Part shown: piece by piece, positions 49,578 to 63,127 of the stretch | Layout: each line of letters starts with the position of its first letter | Position numbering within the stretch: position 1 is the stretch's first letter | Assembly (NCBI GenBank): GCA_030390025.1 | Contig: JASTWF010000034.1 | Span: 1,116,001-1,180,000 of the forward strand | From: Squalus acanthias | Lineage: Eukaryota | Length of the DNA: 64,000 bases | Direction of reading: 5' to 3' | Made by a program: the position numbers and the translations under genes | Notes under the pieces: generated by a model | Seen by the model: only the letters and a program-made list of their open reading frames with translations | The model's database searches: none | What the model was told of the DNA's origin: nothing

Positions 49578-51248
49578 ATTCATTCATGGGCTGTGGTCCT
49601 CGCTGGCACGCCTTGCATTTATTGCCCATCCCTAGTTGCACTTGAGAAGGTGGTGGTGAACCGCTGCAGTCGGTGATGGAAAGGCGCTCCCACAGTGCTG
49701 TTATGGAGGGAGTGGCAGGATTTTGACCCAACGACAATGAAGGAATGGTGATATACTTCCAAGTCAGGATGGTGTGTGACTTGGAGGGGAAGTTACAGGT
49801 GATGGTGTTCCCATGCTCCTGCTGCCCTTGTCCTTCTAGTTGGTAGAGGCTGCATGTTTGGCAGGTACTGCCGAAGAAACCTTGGCAAGTTGCTGCAGTG
49901 CATCTTGTAGATGGGACACACTGCAGCCACGGTGCGCCGCTGGTGGAGGGAGTGAATGTTTAAGAACATAAGAACATAAGAAATAGGAGCAGGAGTAGGC
50001 CTCCTCTGTTCCAAGGAAAACTATCCCAGCTTATCCCAGTTAATATTGGGGTAGTTCAATACTCCTACTACTACTGCCCTATAGTTTTTGCACTTCTCAG
50101 AAATTTGTCGACATATTTGCACTTCTATCTCCCTCTCACTGTTTGGGGGTCGAGAGTACACTCCCAGCAGTGTGGTCGCCCCTTTTTTGTTTTTCCATTC
50201 GACCCATATGGACTCGTTTGATGATCCCTCCAACATATCATCTCTCCTCACAGCTGTAATAGTTTATTTAATCAATACCGCGACACCCTCCCTTTTTACC
50301 ACCCTCTCTACCCCTTTTATGGTGATGGATGGGCTACCAATCAAGTGGGCTGCTATGTCCTGGATGATGTCGAGCTTCTTGAGTGTTGTTGGAGCTGCAC
50401 TCATCCAGACAAGTGGAGAGTATTCCATCACACTCCTGACTTGTGCCTTGTAGATGGTGGAAAGGATTTGGAGAGTCAGGAGGTGAGACACTCGCCGCAC
50501 AATACCCAGCCTTGACCTGCTCTTTTAGCCACAGTATTTATGTGGCTGGTCCAGTTAAGGTTCTGGTCAATGGAAACCCCCAGAATACTGATGGTGACGG
50601 AAGTGGCGATGGTAATCCCATTGAATGTCAAGGGGATGTGGCTCTTGTTGGAGATTGTCATTGCCTGGCACTTGTTTCGTGTGATTATTACTTGCCACTT
50701 ATCAACCCAAGGCTGAATGTCATCCAGGTCTTGCTGCATGAGGGCATGGACTGCTTCATTATCTGAGGAGTTGTGAATAGAACTGAATATTGAGCAATCA
50801 TCAGCGAACATCCCCACTTCTGACCATAGGTTGGAGGGAAGGTCATTGATGAAATAACTGAAGATGGTTGGGCCGAGGACACTGCCCTGATGTACTGCTG
50901 CAGCGATGTCCTGTGGCTGTGATGATTGACCTCCAAAAACCACAACCATCTTCCGTTGTGCCGGGTATGACTTGAGCCAGTGGAGAGTTTTCCCCCTGCT
51001 TTCCATTGCCACAATTTTACTGGGGCTCCTTGATGCCGCACTCAGTCCAATGCTGCCTTGATGTCAAGGGCAGTCACTCTCTCCTCACCTCTGGAATTCA
51101 GCTCCTTTGTCCATGTTTGGACCAAGGCTGTAATAAGGTCTGGAGCCGAGTGGTCCTGGCGGAACTCAAACTGGGCATCGGTGAGAAGGTTATTAGTGAG
51201 TAAGTGCCACATAATTGCACTGTCGACGGCACCTTTCATCACTTTGCT
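49578..51248 (-). mobile_element. LINE of a second lineage (RT and 3' end) with CR1 debris at about 49960-50320
   Basis: QFEFRQDHSAPDLITALVQTW...ALDIKAALD, QGSVLGP, FADDC and YKAQVRSVMEYSPLVW. Confidence 0.8.
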
Positions 51249-51249
51249 C

Positions 51250-51940
51250 ATTTCACCAGTCTGTCTATGTCCTCCTGAAGCCTACCTTATCCCGCTCTGT
51301 GTGTGTATATATATGTATATATATAAAAGTCTATATCATTAATATATATCAAAAAGAGCAGTGGTCCGAATAGCGACATCTGGGGATACCACTGTACACT
51401 TCCCTCCAGTCTGAACATCAACCGTTCACCACTACTCTCGGTTTTCTGTCCCTTAGCCAATGTCAGATCCCCACTGCCAATGTCCCTTTGGTCCTAACAA
51501 GTCTATTCAATTGTACTTCATCAAATGCATTTTGAATGTCCATGTACACAACATCAACCGCACTATGCTCATTAACCATTTCCGTTACTTCATCAAATAA
51601 CTTAATCAAGTTTGTCAGACACACTTTGCCGTTAACATATCCGTGCTGGTTGTCATTTATCAATCCATGTTTTTTCTAAAGACAGATACTTTTCTCTGTG
51701 AATATGGCCTCTAGACGTTTCCCCACCACTGACGTTAGGATGACTGGCCTGCAGTTACAGGGTTTACCCCTCTCTCCTTTTTTAAACAGGGTGTAACATT
51801 TCCAACCCTCCAGTCCTCTGGCTCCACTCCCATATCCGAAGATGATTGAAATATTCTGGCCAGAGCCTGCGCTATTTCCACCATTCCTTCCCTCAGCAAC
51901 CCTGATACTTCACATCCGGAGCGGGTAAATGTTCTACTTT
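51250..51940 (-). mobile_element. CR1 RT internal fragment
   Basis: ORF 51463..51663 reads QHGYVNGKVCLTNL...VDVVYMD. Confidence 0.7.
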
Positions 51941-52244
51941 ACTGTGGTATAAAAAGTGTTGGATTGAAAGGGGTTAACTGAAGCTGTTTGTTCAGTGACT
52001 GTAATTAATGTCAGTCTCCACGGGTAACTGAAGATCTTTGTTCAGTGACTGTAATTAATGTCAGTCTCCATGGACTCTGATTGTATCAGTGCAGGGTTTC
52101 CCTCTTCTCTTAATAAGGGACTCCTTTCAATGTGTTATCCATAGTGTCAGTGAGAGCATCACCTCCGGCACTGACAGGGATCAGCGCGCTGCTCCACAGA
52201 GAGGGAGTCGGAATCTGAGAACAGTAGATTGGAATGTTACAACA

Positions 52245-52467
52245 ATGGGTCGGAATCTGAGAACAGTAGATTGGAATGTTACAACAATGGATCAGAATCT
52301 GAGAACAGTAGATTGGAATGCTGCAACAATGGGCAGGAGTTTCAGCTGGGATATTTACTTTTTTTCAGCACTTTATGATAGACTATCATTAGACAGTCGG
52401 ATACAGTTGGCACTTGAGATTATTCAATACATTTACTATCCGCTCCTTGCTGCTGTTGGTGTTCCTG
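52245..52467 (+). CDS. Exon 1 of GPR139/GPR142-like GPCR (paralogue B); exon 2 not in the window
   Basis: MGRNLRTVDWNVTTM...IIQYIYYPLLAAVGVP, then G|GTAAGT. Phase 1, compatible with a family-type exon 2 such as the one at 15136 (VPVNLVTIVIL). The start ATG is uncertain because three are in frame. Confidence 0.75.
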
Positions 52468-52719
52468 GTAAGTCTCTCTATCCAGCTATTCTGTTAACCA
52501 TGTTTTACTGTATTACTGTTGTTTTCATTTACTCTCCCCTCCTTGCTGCGGTTGTTGTTCCAGGTAAGTCTCTCTATCCAGCTATTAACTCTGCAAACCT
52601 TTGCTAACTGTGTTACTATTCTTCATTCTTTGCTGCTGTTGGTGTCCCAGTAAGTCTCTATATCCAGAAATTGGGTCTGTAAATCACGTTTCACTTTATT
52701 ACGGTTTGTCATTTAAATC

Positions 52720-53200
52720 TTGGGAAGAGCGAAGCCATTGACTTCGGTCCTCGTCACAAACTTCATTCTCTATCTACCGATTCAGTCCCCCTCCCTGGTC
52801 AATGTCTGAGGCTGAACCAGGCTGTTTGCAACCTCTGCGATCTCTTTGTCCCTGAGCTGAGTTCCGAACTCATATCTTCTCAATCACCAGTCCTGCAGAC
52901 TACCTCCCCCAAAATTTCAAACATCTCCGCTCCACCTCAGCCCTTCTGCTGCATAAACCCTCATCCGTACCTTTGTTAAATCCAGACTCGACTATTCCAA
53001 TACTCTCCTGGCCGGCCTCCCAGTAACAAACCTCCATAAACTAGAGCTCATCCAAAACTCTGCTGCCCGTATCCTAACACACATCATGTCCCGTTCACCC
53101 ATCACCCCTGTGATCACTGACCAACATTGGCTGCCGATCCGGCAACAACTCAATTTAAATATTCTTCTCCTCATGTTCAAATCCCACCATGGCATCACCC
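52720..53200 (+). mobile_element. L2-clade LINE fragment
   Basis: Homologous to about 45560-46035 (RLDYSNTLLAGLP, HWLPI). Confidence 0.75.
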
Positions 53201-53761
53201 CTGAAATTAGTCCCATTCCCTTGCTCTTTTCCCATAGTCCTGCAAATTGTTCCCCTTCAGGTATTTATCCAATTCCCCTTTTAAAGTTAATTTCTCTCCG
53301 TCTGTACCTCTCCCTGTCTGTCAGTCTCTATTTTTATTTCTTTCTTTCTCCCTTTCTCTCTCTCCCCCTCTTCTCTCTCTCTCTGTCTCTTGGTCATAGA
53401 ATCATAGAACGGTACATCACATACAGAGACCATTCGGTCCATCGTGTCCGTGCCGTCTCTTTGAAAGAGTTATTTATTCAGTCCTACTCTTTAATCAGAG
53501 CCCCATAAAAAAATTCCCCTTCATCTAATTACCCCATTCCCTTTCGAAATTTACTATTGAATCTGCTTCCACCACGTTCTCAGTCAGTGCATTCTAGATC
53601 ACAACTCACTGCATAAAGAATATTCTCATCTCTCCTCTGGTTCTTTATCCAATTACTTCAAATTTGTTTCCTCTGGTTACCCACCATTCTGCCTCTGGAT
53701 ACCGACTTACTTAATCTATCAAAACCCATTACAATCTGGAATATCTATATTAAATCTCCCC

Positions 53762-55950
53762 TAATGGAAAAGGACAAAGAAAGACCAGGTTTAAAAATTT
53801 CAATTGGGGAACGGCCAAATTTACTCAGCTGAGATGTGATTTAGGAAAAGTGGACTGGAAACAGCTTCTTAATTGGAAATCAGTGCAGAGCCGTGGGAAG
53901 CATTCAACGAGGAGATAGTGAGGGCTCAGAGCAAATATATTCCCAAAAAGATAAAGATGAGACTTCCAAATCTAGAGCCCCCTGGATGTCAAGGGGAATA
54001 CAGGGTAGGATAAGGGAACAAAAAAGGAAGCTTTTCTCAGATACCGAGAGCTCAATACTACAGAAAGCCTGGAAGGGTATAGAAAGTGCAGGGGTGAAAT
54101 TAAAAAGTAAATTAGGAAAGCAAAGAGTTGGCATCAAAACATATTGGCAAGTAAAATCAAGGAAAACCCAAAGATGTTTTATACATACATCAAGAGCAAG
54201 AGGATAACTAAAGAAAGAGTCTGGCCTATTATAGACCAAAAAGTTAATCTGTGTGTAGAGGCGGAAGACGTGGATATGGTTCTTAATAAATACTTTGTGT
54301 CTGTCTGCACAGAAGAGTGAGACGATGCAGACATTGTAGTTAAGGAGGAGGTGTGTGGAATATTAGATGAGACAAACAAAGTGAGAGAGGAAACATTAAG
54401 TGGTTCAGCATCTTTGAAAGTAGATAAATCACGAGGCTCGGATGAAATGTATCCCAGGCTGTTAAGGGAGGAAATAGCGGAGGCTCAGACCATCATTTTC
54501 CAATCCTCTCTGGCTACAGGCGAAATGCAAGAGGACTGGAGGACTGCTAATTGTACCATTGCTTAAAAAGGGAGAAAGGGATAGACCGAGTAATTACTGG
54601 GAAGTCAGTCTAACCTTGGTGGTGGAAATAATATTGAAAAATTCTGAGGGGCAGTATAAATCGGCATTTAGAAAGGCACAGATTAATCAAGGACAGTCAG
54701 CACGGTAATGTTAGGGGAAGGTCGTGTCTGACTAACCTGATTGAATTTTTTGAGGAGGTAATGAGGAGGGTCGATGAGGGGAGTGCATTTGATGTAGTCC
54801 ACGTAGATATTAGTAAGGCCTTTGACAAGGTCCCAAATGACAGGTTGGTCATTGGATCCAAGGGAAAGTGGCAAGTTGGATCCAAAAATGGCTCAGTGGC
54901 AGGAAGCAATGGTCGTAATGGTCAACGGGTGTTCTTTGTGACTGGAAGGTTGTTTCCAGTGGGGTTCCACAGGGCTCAGTACTAGGTCCCCTGCTATTTG
55001 TGGAATATATCAATGATTTAGACTTCAGTGTTGGGGCCATGATGAAGAAGTTTGCACATGATACAAAAATTGGCCGTGTGGTTGATAGTGAGGAAGAAAG
55101 CTGTAGACTGCAGGAAGATATCAATGGACTGGTCCGGTGGGCAGAACAGTGGCAAATGGACTTCATTTCGGAGAAGTGTGAGGTAATGCATTTGTGGCGG
55201 ACCAAAAAAAGGGAATACACAATAAATGGTAGGATACTGAGAGGTGCAGTGGAACAGAGGGACCTTGGAGTAGATTTCCACATATCTCAAAAACTATCAG
55301 GGCATGTAGATAGGGTGGTTAAAAAGGCATGTGGGATACATTACATTATTAGTCGAAGCATAGAATATAAAAACAGGGAGTTTATGCTAGAACTGTATAA
55401 AACACCAATTAGGCCACAGCTGGAATACTGCGAACAATTTTGGTCAAAACATTACAGGAAAGATGTGATTGCATTTGAGACATTATACAGGAGATTTACG
55501 TGGATGCTGCCAAGACTGGGGAATAGTTTGGGGTTCTTTACTTTGGAACAGAGGAGGCTGAAGGGAGATTTAATTGAGGTGTATAAAATTATGAGGGGCC
55601 TAGATAGAGTGGATAGCAAGCACCTATTTCACCTGGCAGAGAGGTCAATAACCAAGGAGAATAGATTTAAAGTAATTGGTAGAAGGATTAGACGGGAGAT
55701 GAGAATGTGTTTCACCCAGAGGGCGGTGCGAGTCTGAAACTCAAGGCCTGAAAGGGTGGTAGAGGCAGAAACCCTCATCACGTTTAAAACGTACATGGAT
55801 ATGCCCTTGAAGTGCCATCACCTACAGGGCTACGGACCAAGAGCTGGAAAGTGGGATTAAGCTGGATAGCTCTATTTCGACCGGCACAGATGCAATGGGC
55901 CAAATGGCCTCCTTCTGTGCCGTAAATTTCGACGATTCTACTATTCTGTG
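53762..55950 (+). mobile_element. CR1 ORF2 fragment and 3' UTR
   Basis: RT motifs in 55000..55737; degenerate tail near 55940. Confidence 0.85.
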
Positions 55951-57184
55951 ATGTTTAACCTTCGCTGCTCTAAAAAGAACAATCCCAACTTCTCCTGACT
56001 CTCCGCGTAACTGAAGTCCCAGATCCCTGGTATCATTCCGGTAAATCTCCTCTACACCTTCTCTCATCCTTGACATGCTTGCCAAAGTGTGGTGCTCAGA
56101 ATTGGACACAATACTCCAGCTGGGGTCTAACCGATTATTTTTAAAAGGTTAACATTTCTACCTGGACTTTTGTTACTCTGTGTCTCTGTTTGTAAAGCCA
56201 AGGACTCCGTATGCTTTATTAACAGACATCACTACTTGTCCTGTCAACTTCAAAGATTTGTGTAAGTACACACATGGTCTCTCTGATCGTTCACTCGCTC
56301 TGAAATTGTACCGTTTAGTTTATATTGCCTCTGCTCATGCTTCCTACCATCATGTATCACTTCACCCTTCTCTGTGTTAAATTGTGTCTGCATGTGTCTG
56401 CCCATTTCACCAGTCTGTCTGCGTCCTCCTGAAGTCTGTTACTATCATTCTCACTGTTTATTAACATTTCCGAATTTTTTCATTTTCAAACTTTGAAATC
56501 ATGCGCTGTCATAGAGTCATCGATAGTCACAGTTATACAGCACAGAAAGAGGCCCTTCGGCCCATTGTGTCCGCTCCGACCATCAAGCACTATCTATTCT
56601 ATTCCCATTTTCCAGCACTTGGTCCGTAGCCTTGTATGCTGTGGCGTTTCAAGTGCTCATTTAAATAATTATTGAATGCTGTGAAGATTCCTGCCGCTAC
56701 CACCGTTTCAGGCAGTGATTTCCAGATTCCAACCACACTCTGGGTGAAAAAGATTTTCCTCCAATCCCCTCTAAACCTCCTGCCCCTTACCTTGAAACTA
56801 TGCGCCCTGGTTAATGACCCCTCTATTAAGGGGAAAATTCCTTTCTATCTACCCTATCTGTGCCCCTCATAATTTTGTACACATCAATCAGCTCCCCCCA
56901 CAGCCTTCTCTGCTCTAAGGAAAGCAACCCCAGCCTGTCCAGTCTCTCTTCATAGCTGAAGCACTCCAGCCCAGGTAACATCCTGGTGAATCTCCTCTAC
57001 ACCCTCTCCAATGCAATCACATCCTTCCTATAGTGTGGCGACTGGAACTGCACACAGTATTCCAGCTGTGGCCTAACTAGCATTTTGTACATCTCCAACA
57101 CAACCTCCCTGCTCTTATATTCTTTGCCTCGGCTAATGAAGGCAAGTATCCCATATGCATTTTTAACCACCTTATCTACCTGTC

Positions 57185-58690
57185 TTCCAAAATTCTATAG
57201 ACTCTAGAACAGTTCCCATGGATTGGAGGGTAGCGAATAGAACACCACTATTTAAAAAAGGTGGGAGAGAGAAAACGGGGAATTATAGACTGGTAAGCCT
57301 GACATCGGTAGTGGGGAAATGCTAGAGTCCATTATAAAATATGTAATAGCAAAGCACTTGGAAACCAGTGACAGGATCGGACAAAGTCAACATGGATTTA
57401 CAAAAGGTAAATCATGCTTGACTAATCGAGTGGAATTTTTGAGGATGTAACTTTTAGAATAGATAAGGGAGAACCAGTGGATGTGGTGTATTTGGACTTT
57501 CAGAAGGCTTTCGATAAGGTCCCGCATAAGAGATTGGCGTGGAAAGTTAAAGCACATGGGATTGGGGGTAAGGTACTGACTTTAATAGAAAACTGGTTGA
57601 CAGACAGGAAGCAGAGAGTTGGAATAAACAGGTCTTTTTCCGAGTGGCAGGCAGTGACTAGTGGGGTAACGCGGGGATCAGTGCTAGGACCCCAGTTATT
57701 CACAATATATATTAATGATCTAGATGAGGGAACTAGATGCAATATCTCCAAGTTTGCAGATGACACAAAGCTGGGTGGGTGTGTGTGCTGTGAGGAGGAT
57801 GCCGAGAAACTGCAGGATGATTTGGATAGGTTGGGTGATTGACCAGATGCATGGCAGATGCAATACAATGTGGATAAATGCGTGGTTATCCACTTTGGTG
57901 GCAAAAACAGGAAGGCAGATTATTATCTGAACGGCAATAGATTGGGAAAAGGGGAAGGGCAACGAGTCCTGGGAGTCCTTGTGCACCAGTCGTTGAAGGT
58001 AAGCATGCAGGTGCAGCAGGCGGTTAAGAAGGCAAATGGTATGTTGGCCTTCATAGCGAGAGGATTCGAGTACAGGAGCAAGGAGGTCTTGCTGCACTTG
58101 TACAGAGCCTTGGTGAGACCACAACTTGAGTATTGTGTGCAGTTTTGGTCTCCTTATCTGAGGAAGGATGTTCTTGCCATGGAGGGAGTGCAGCGAAGAT
58201 TTACCAGACTGATACCTGGGATGGCAGGAATGACGTATGAAGAGAGATTGGATCGATTTGGATTATACTCGCTGGAGTTTATAAGAATGAGAGGGGATCT
58301 CACTGAAACTTATAAAATTCTAACAGGACTAGACAGACTAGATGCAGGAAGGATGTTCCCGATGGCGGGGGAGTCCAGAACCAGGGGTCACAGTCTAAGG
58401 ATAAGGGGTAAGCCATTTAGGACTGAGATGAGGAGGAATTTCTTCACCCAGAGAGTGGTGAACCTGTGAAATTCTCTACCACAGAAGGCAGTAGAGGCCA
58501 ATTCATTAAATATATTCAAGAAGGAGTTAGATATATTTCTTAAGGCTAAAGAGATCAAGGATATGGGGAGAAAGCAGGGACAGGGTAACGAACTTGGATG
58601 ATCAGCCATGATCTCATTAAATGGCGGAGCAGGCTTGAGGGGCTGAATGGCCTACTCCTGCTCCTATCTGCTATATTTCTATGTTTCTAT
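57185..58690 (+). mobile_element. 5'-truncated CR1 (1.5 kb)
   Basis: ORFs 57477..57842 and 57858..58469; (tttctatg) tail; tgtc at both junctions. Confidence 0.9.
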
Positions 58691-58850
58691 GTCCTGCTGT
58701 CTTCAGGGATCTATGTACATGCACACCAAGGTCCCTCTGGTCCTCTGTCCTTCCTAGGGTCTTACCATTCATTGCAAATTTCCTTGCCTTGTTAGTCCTC
58801 CCAAAATGCATCACCTCACACTTTTCCGGGTTATATTCCATTTGCCCCTG

Positions 58851-61800
58851 TTTGCGATTCAAAACGTGACGCGGGCAAGAGGAAACAGCTGATTGAGTGA
58901 GTACAGCCAGGTGAGTATTTACACGACTCCATAGTTTGACAGTTAAGGTTAATAGTTTATAAAGTTTAGAAGGTCTTAATTTTGTGGTTATAGTTTCTAA
59001 GGTCTCAGTTGTGTAGCGGGGAGTGCTAGTAAACAATGGCCCTTGACTTTATAATTTAATTGCAGTGTAATTTGTAGCATTGATTTGATTTAATTTAATT
59101 TAAATTATTTAAAGGTAAGTCATGGTAGCACAGCTCGGCCCCGTGGTATGCTCCTCCTGCAGTTTGTGGGCAATCAGGGACACTTCCTGTGTCCCTGACG
59201 ACCATGTGTGCGGGAAGTGAATCCAGCTGCAGCTACTGGCAGACCGCATTGCGGCGCTTAAGCTGCGAATGGACACATACTGGAGCATTCGCGATGCTGA
59301 GGACATGGTGGATATCACGTTTAATGAGTTGGTTACACCGCAGGTAAACGCTGCACAGGAAGGAAGGGAATGGGTGACCGCCAGTCAGAGTTGTAGGCGC
59401 AGGCAGATAGTGCAGTGGTCCCCTGTGGCCATCCCCCTCTCAAACAGATATACCGCTTTGGATATTGTTGAGGAGAATGGCTTATCGGGGGAAGACAGCT
59501 GCAACCAACTTCCTGGCACCATGGGTGGTTCTGCTACACAGGACGGGAGGAAAAAGAGCGGGAGAGCTATAGTGATAGGGGATTCTATTGTAAGGGGAAT
59601 AGATCGGCGTTTCTGCGGCAGCAAACGAGACTCCAGGATGGTATGTTGCCTCCCTGGTGCAAGGGTGAAGGATGTCTCGGAGCGGCTGCAGGGTATTCTG
59701 GATGGGGAGGGTGAACAGCCAGTTGTCGTGGTGCATATAGGTACCAACGACATAGGTAAAAAACGGGATGAGGTCCTAAAAGCTGAATATAGGGAGTTAA
59801 GAGGTAAATTATAAAATAGGACCTCAATCTCAGGATTGCTACCAGTGCCACGGAATAGTCAGAGTAGAAATAGAAGGATATTTCAGCTGAGTACGTGGCT
59901 GGAAGAATGGTGCAAGGAGGAGTGATTCAAATTCCTGGGACATTGGAAACGGTTCTGGGGGAGGTGGGACCCGTACAAACTGGAAAGTTTGCACCTGGGC
60001 AGGACCGGGACCGATGTCCTAGGGGGAGTGCTTGCTAGTGCTGTTGAGGAGGGTTTAAAATAAAATGGCAAGGGGTTGGGAACCTGTGCAGGGAGACAGA
60101 GGAAATGGAAGCAAGGATAGAAGCAAAAGACAGGAAGGAGAAAAGCAAAAGTGGAAGTCAGAGAAAGCAAGGGTGTAAATCAAACATGGCCACAGTAAAC
60201 AATAATTCTAAAAGGTCTAAGAGTGATAAGTAAACAAGCCTAAAGGCTTTGTGTCTTAATGTGAGGAGCATTCGTAATAAGGTGGATGAATTAGCTGCGC
60301 AAATAGATGTAAACGGATATGATATAATGGGAATACGGAGACATGGCTCCAGGGAGACCAAGGCTGGGAATTCAACATCCAGGGGTATTCAATATTCAGG
60401 AAGAACAGGCAAAGAGGAAAAGGAGGCGGTGTAGCATTGCTGGTTAAAGAGTTAATTCACACAATAGTAAGGAAGGATATTAGCTCGGATGATGTCGAAT
60501 CTGTATGGGTGGAGCTGAGAAATACCAAGGGACAGAAAACGTTAGTGGGATTTGTATACAAACCCCCAAACAGTCATGCTGAGGTTGGGGATGGCATTAA
60601 ACGGGAAATTAGAGATGCGTGCAATAAGGGCACAGCAGTTATCATGGGTGACTTTAATCTACATATAGATTGGGCTAATCAAATTAGTAACAATACTGTC
60701 GAAAAGGAATTCCTAGAGTGTATATGGGATGGCTTCCTGGACCAATATGTCGAGGAACCAACTAGAGATCAGGCCATCTTAGACTGGGTATTATGTAATG
60801 AGAAAGGATTAATGAGCAATCTTGTTGTGCGAGGCCCCTTGGGGAGGAGCGATCATAATATGATAGAATTCTTCATTAAGATGGAGAGTGAAGTAGTAGT
60901 TGACTCAGAAACTAGGGCACTGAATTTCAATAAAGGAAACTGTGATGGTATGAGGCGCGAGTTGGCTAGGATGGATTGAGGAATGTTACTTAAAGGGTTG
61001 ATGGTGGATAGGCAATGGCAAACATTTAAAGATCGCATGGATGAACTACAGAATTTCTTCATCCCTGTTTGGCATAAAAATAAACAAAAAAGGTGACTCA
61101 ACCGTGGCTAACAAGGAAAATTAGGGATAGCATAAGATCCAAGGAGAGGACAGATAAATTGGTCACAAAAAGCAGCAAACTTGAGGATTGGGAGCAGTTT
61201 AGGATTCAGCAAAGGAGGACAAAGGGATTAATTAAGAGGGGGAAAATAGAGTATGAGAGTAAGCCTTCGCGGAACATAAAAACTGACTGTAAAAATTCCA
61301 TAGATATGTGAAGAGAAAAAGATTGGTAAAGTCAAGCGTAGGAACCTTGCAGTCAGAATCAGGGAAATTTATAATGGGGAACAAAGAAATGGCAGATCAA
61401 TTCAATATATACTTTGGTTCTGTCTTCACAAAGGAGGACACAAATAAACTCGCAGAGATGTCGGGGAACATAGGGTCTAATAAGGGAGGAACTGAATGAA
61501 ATCAGTATTTGAAGGGAAATTGACGTGATTGAAGGCCGATAAATCCCCAGGGCCTGATAATCTACATCCTAGGTTACTTAAGGAAGTGGCCCTAGAAATA
61601 GTCGATGCATTGCTGGTCATGTTCCAAAATTCTATAGACTGTGGAACAGTTCCCATGGATTGGAGGGTAGCTAATATAACCCCACTATATTAAACAGCTG
61701 GTAGAGAGAAAACGGGGAAATATAGACCGGTAAGCTTGACATCGGTAGTGGGGAAAATGCTAGAGTCCATTATAAAAGATGTAATAGCTGAGCACTTGGA

Positions 61801-63127
61801 AAACAGTGACAGGATCAGACAAAGTCAACATGGATTAACAAAAGGTAAATCATGCTTGACTAATCTACTGGAATTTTTTGAGGATGTAACTGATAGAATA
61901 GATAAGGGAGAACCAGTGGATGTGGTGTATTTGGACTTTCAGAAGGCTTTCGATCAGATCCCGCATAAGAGATTAGCGTGTAAAGTTAAGGCACATGGGA
62001 TTGGGGGCAAGGTATTGACTTGGATAGAGAAGTGGTTGGCAGACAGGAAGCAAAGAGTTGGAATAAACGGGTCTTTTTCCGAGTGGCAGGCAGTGACTAG
62101 TGAGCGTTCGCAGGGATCGGTGCTAGGACCCCAGCTATTCACAGTATATATTAATAATCTAGATGAGGGAACTAGATGTAATATCTCCAAGTTTTCAGAC
62201 GACACAAAGCTGGGTGGGTGTGTGTGCTGTGTGAGGAGGATGCAGAGAAACTCCAATATGATTTGCACAGGTTGGGTGATTGATCAGATGCATGGCAGAT
62301 GCAGTATAATGTGCATAAATGCGAGGTTTTCCACTTTGGTGGCAAAAGCAGGAAGGCAGATTATTATGTGAACGGCAATAGATTGGAAAAAGGGGAACTG
62401 CAACGTGACCTGGGTGTCCTTGTGCACCAGTCGCTGAAGGTAAGCATGCAGGTGCAGCAGGCGGTTAAGAAGGCAAATGGTATGTTGGCCTTCACAGCGA
62501 GAGGATTCGAGTACAGGGGCAAGGATGTCTTGCTGCCGTTGTACAAGGCCTTGGTGAGACCACATCTTGAGTATTGTGTGCAGTTGTGGTCGTCTTATCT
62601 GAGGAAGGATGTTCTTGCCATGGAGGGAGTGCAGCGAAGATTCACCAGACTGATACGTGAGATGGCAAGAATGACGTATGAAGAGAGATTGTTCCGATTA
62701 GGCTTATAGCCGCTGGAGTTTAGAAGAATCAGAGGGGATCTCATTGAAACTTATAAAATTCTAACAGGACTAGACAGACTAGATGCAGGAAGGATGTTCC
62801 GGATGGCGGGGGAGTCCAAAACCAGGGGTCACAGTCTAGGGATAAGGGGTAAGCCATTTAGGACTGAGATGAGGAGGAATTTCTTCAACCAGAGAGTGGT
62901 GAACCTGTGAAATTCTGTACCACGGAAGGCAGTTGAGGCCAATTTATTAAATATATTCAAGAAGGAGTTAGATATATTTCTTAAGGCTAAAGGGATCAAG
63001 GGTTATGGGGAGAAAGCAGGGACAGGGTTCTGAATTTGGATGATCAGCCATGATCGCATTGAATATCGGAGCAGGCTCGAGGGGCCGAATGGACTACTCC
63101 TGCTCCTATCTTCTATGTTTCTATGTT
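58851..63127 (+). mobile_element. Near full-length degraded CR1 (5' UTR, ORF1, ORF2, tail)
   Basis: ORF1 59269..59814, APE 60437..60979, RT 61736..62709, tail tttctatgtt. Confidence 0.9.

Noticed and set aside
15136..52467. Joining exon 1 at 52245 to exon 2 at 15136 as one gene
   Set aside because: The order is wrong for cis-splicing; a homologous exon-1 region exists upstream at 8.6-9.0 kb, so two paralogues is the simpler reading.
52089..52607. Single-exon 172-aa protein
   Set aside because: The ORF starts at GTG and reads through a consensus splice donor; better explained as GPCR exon 1 plus intron.
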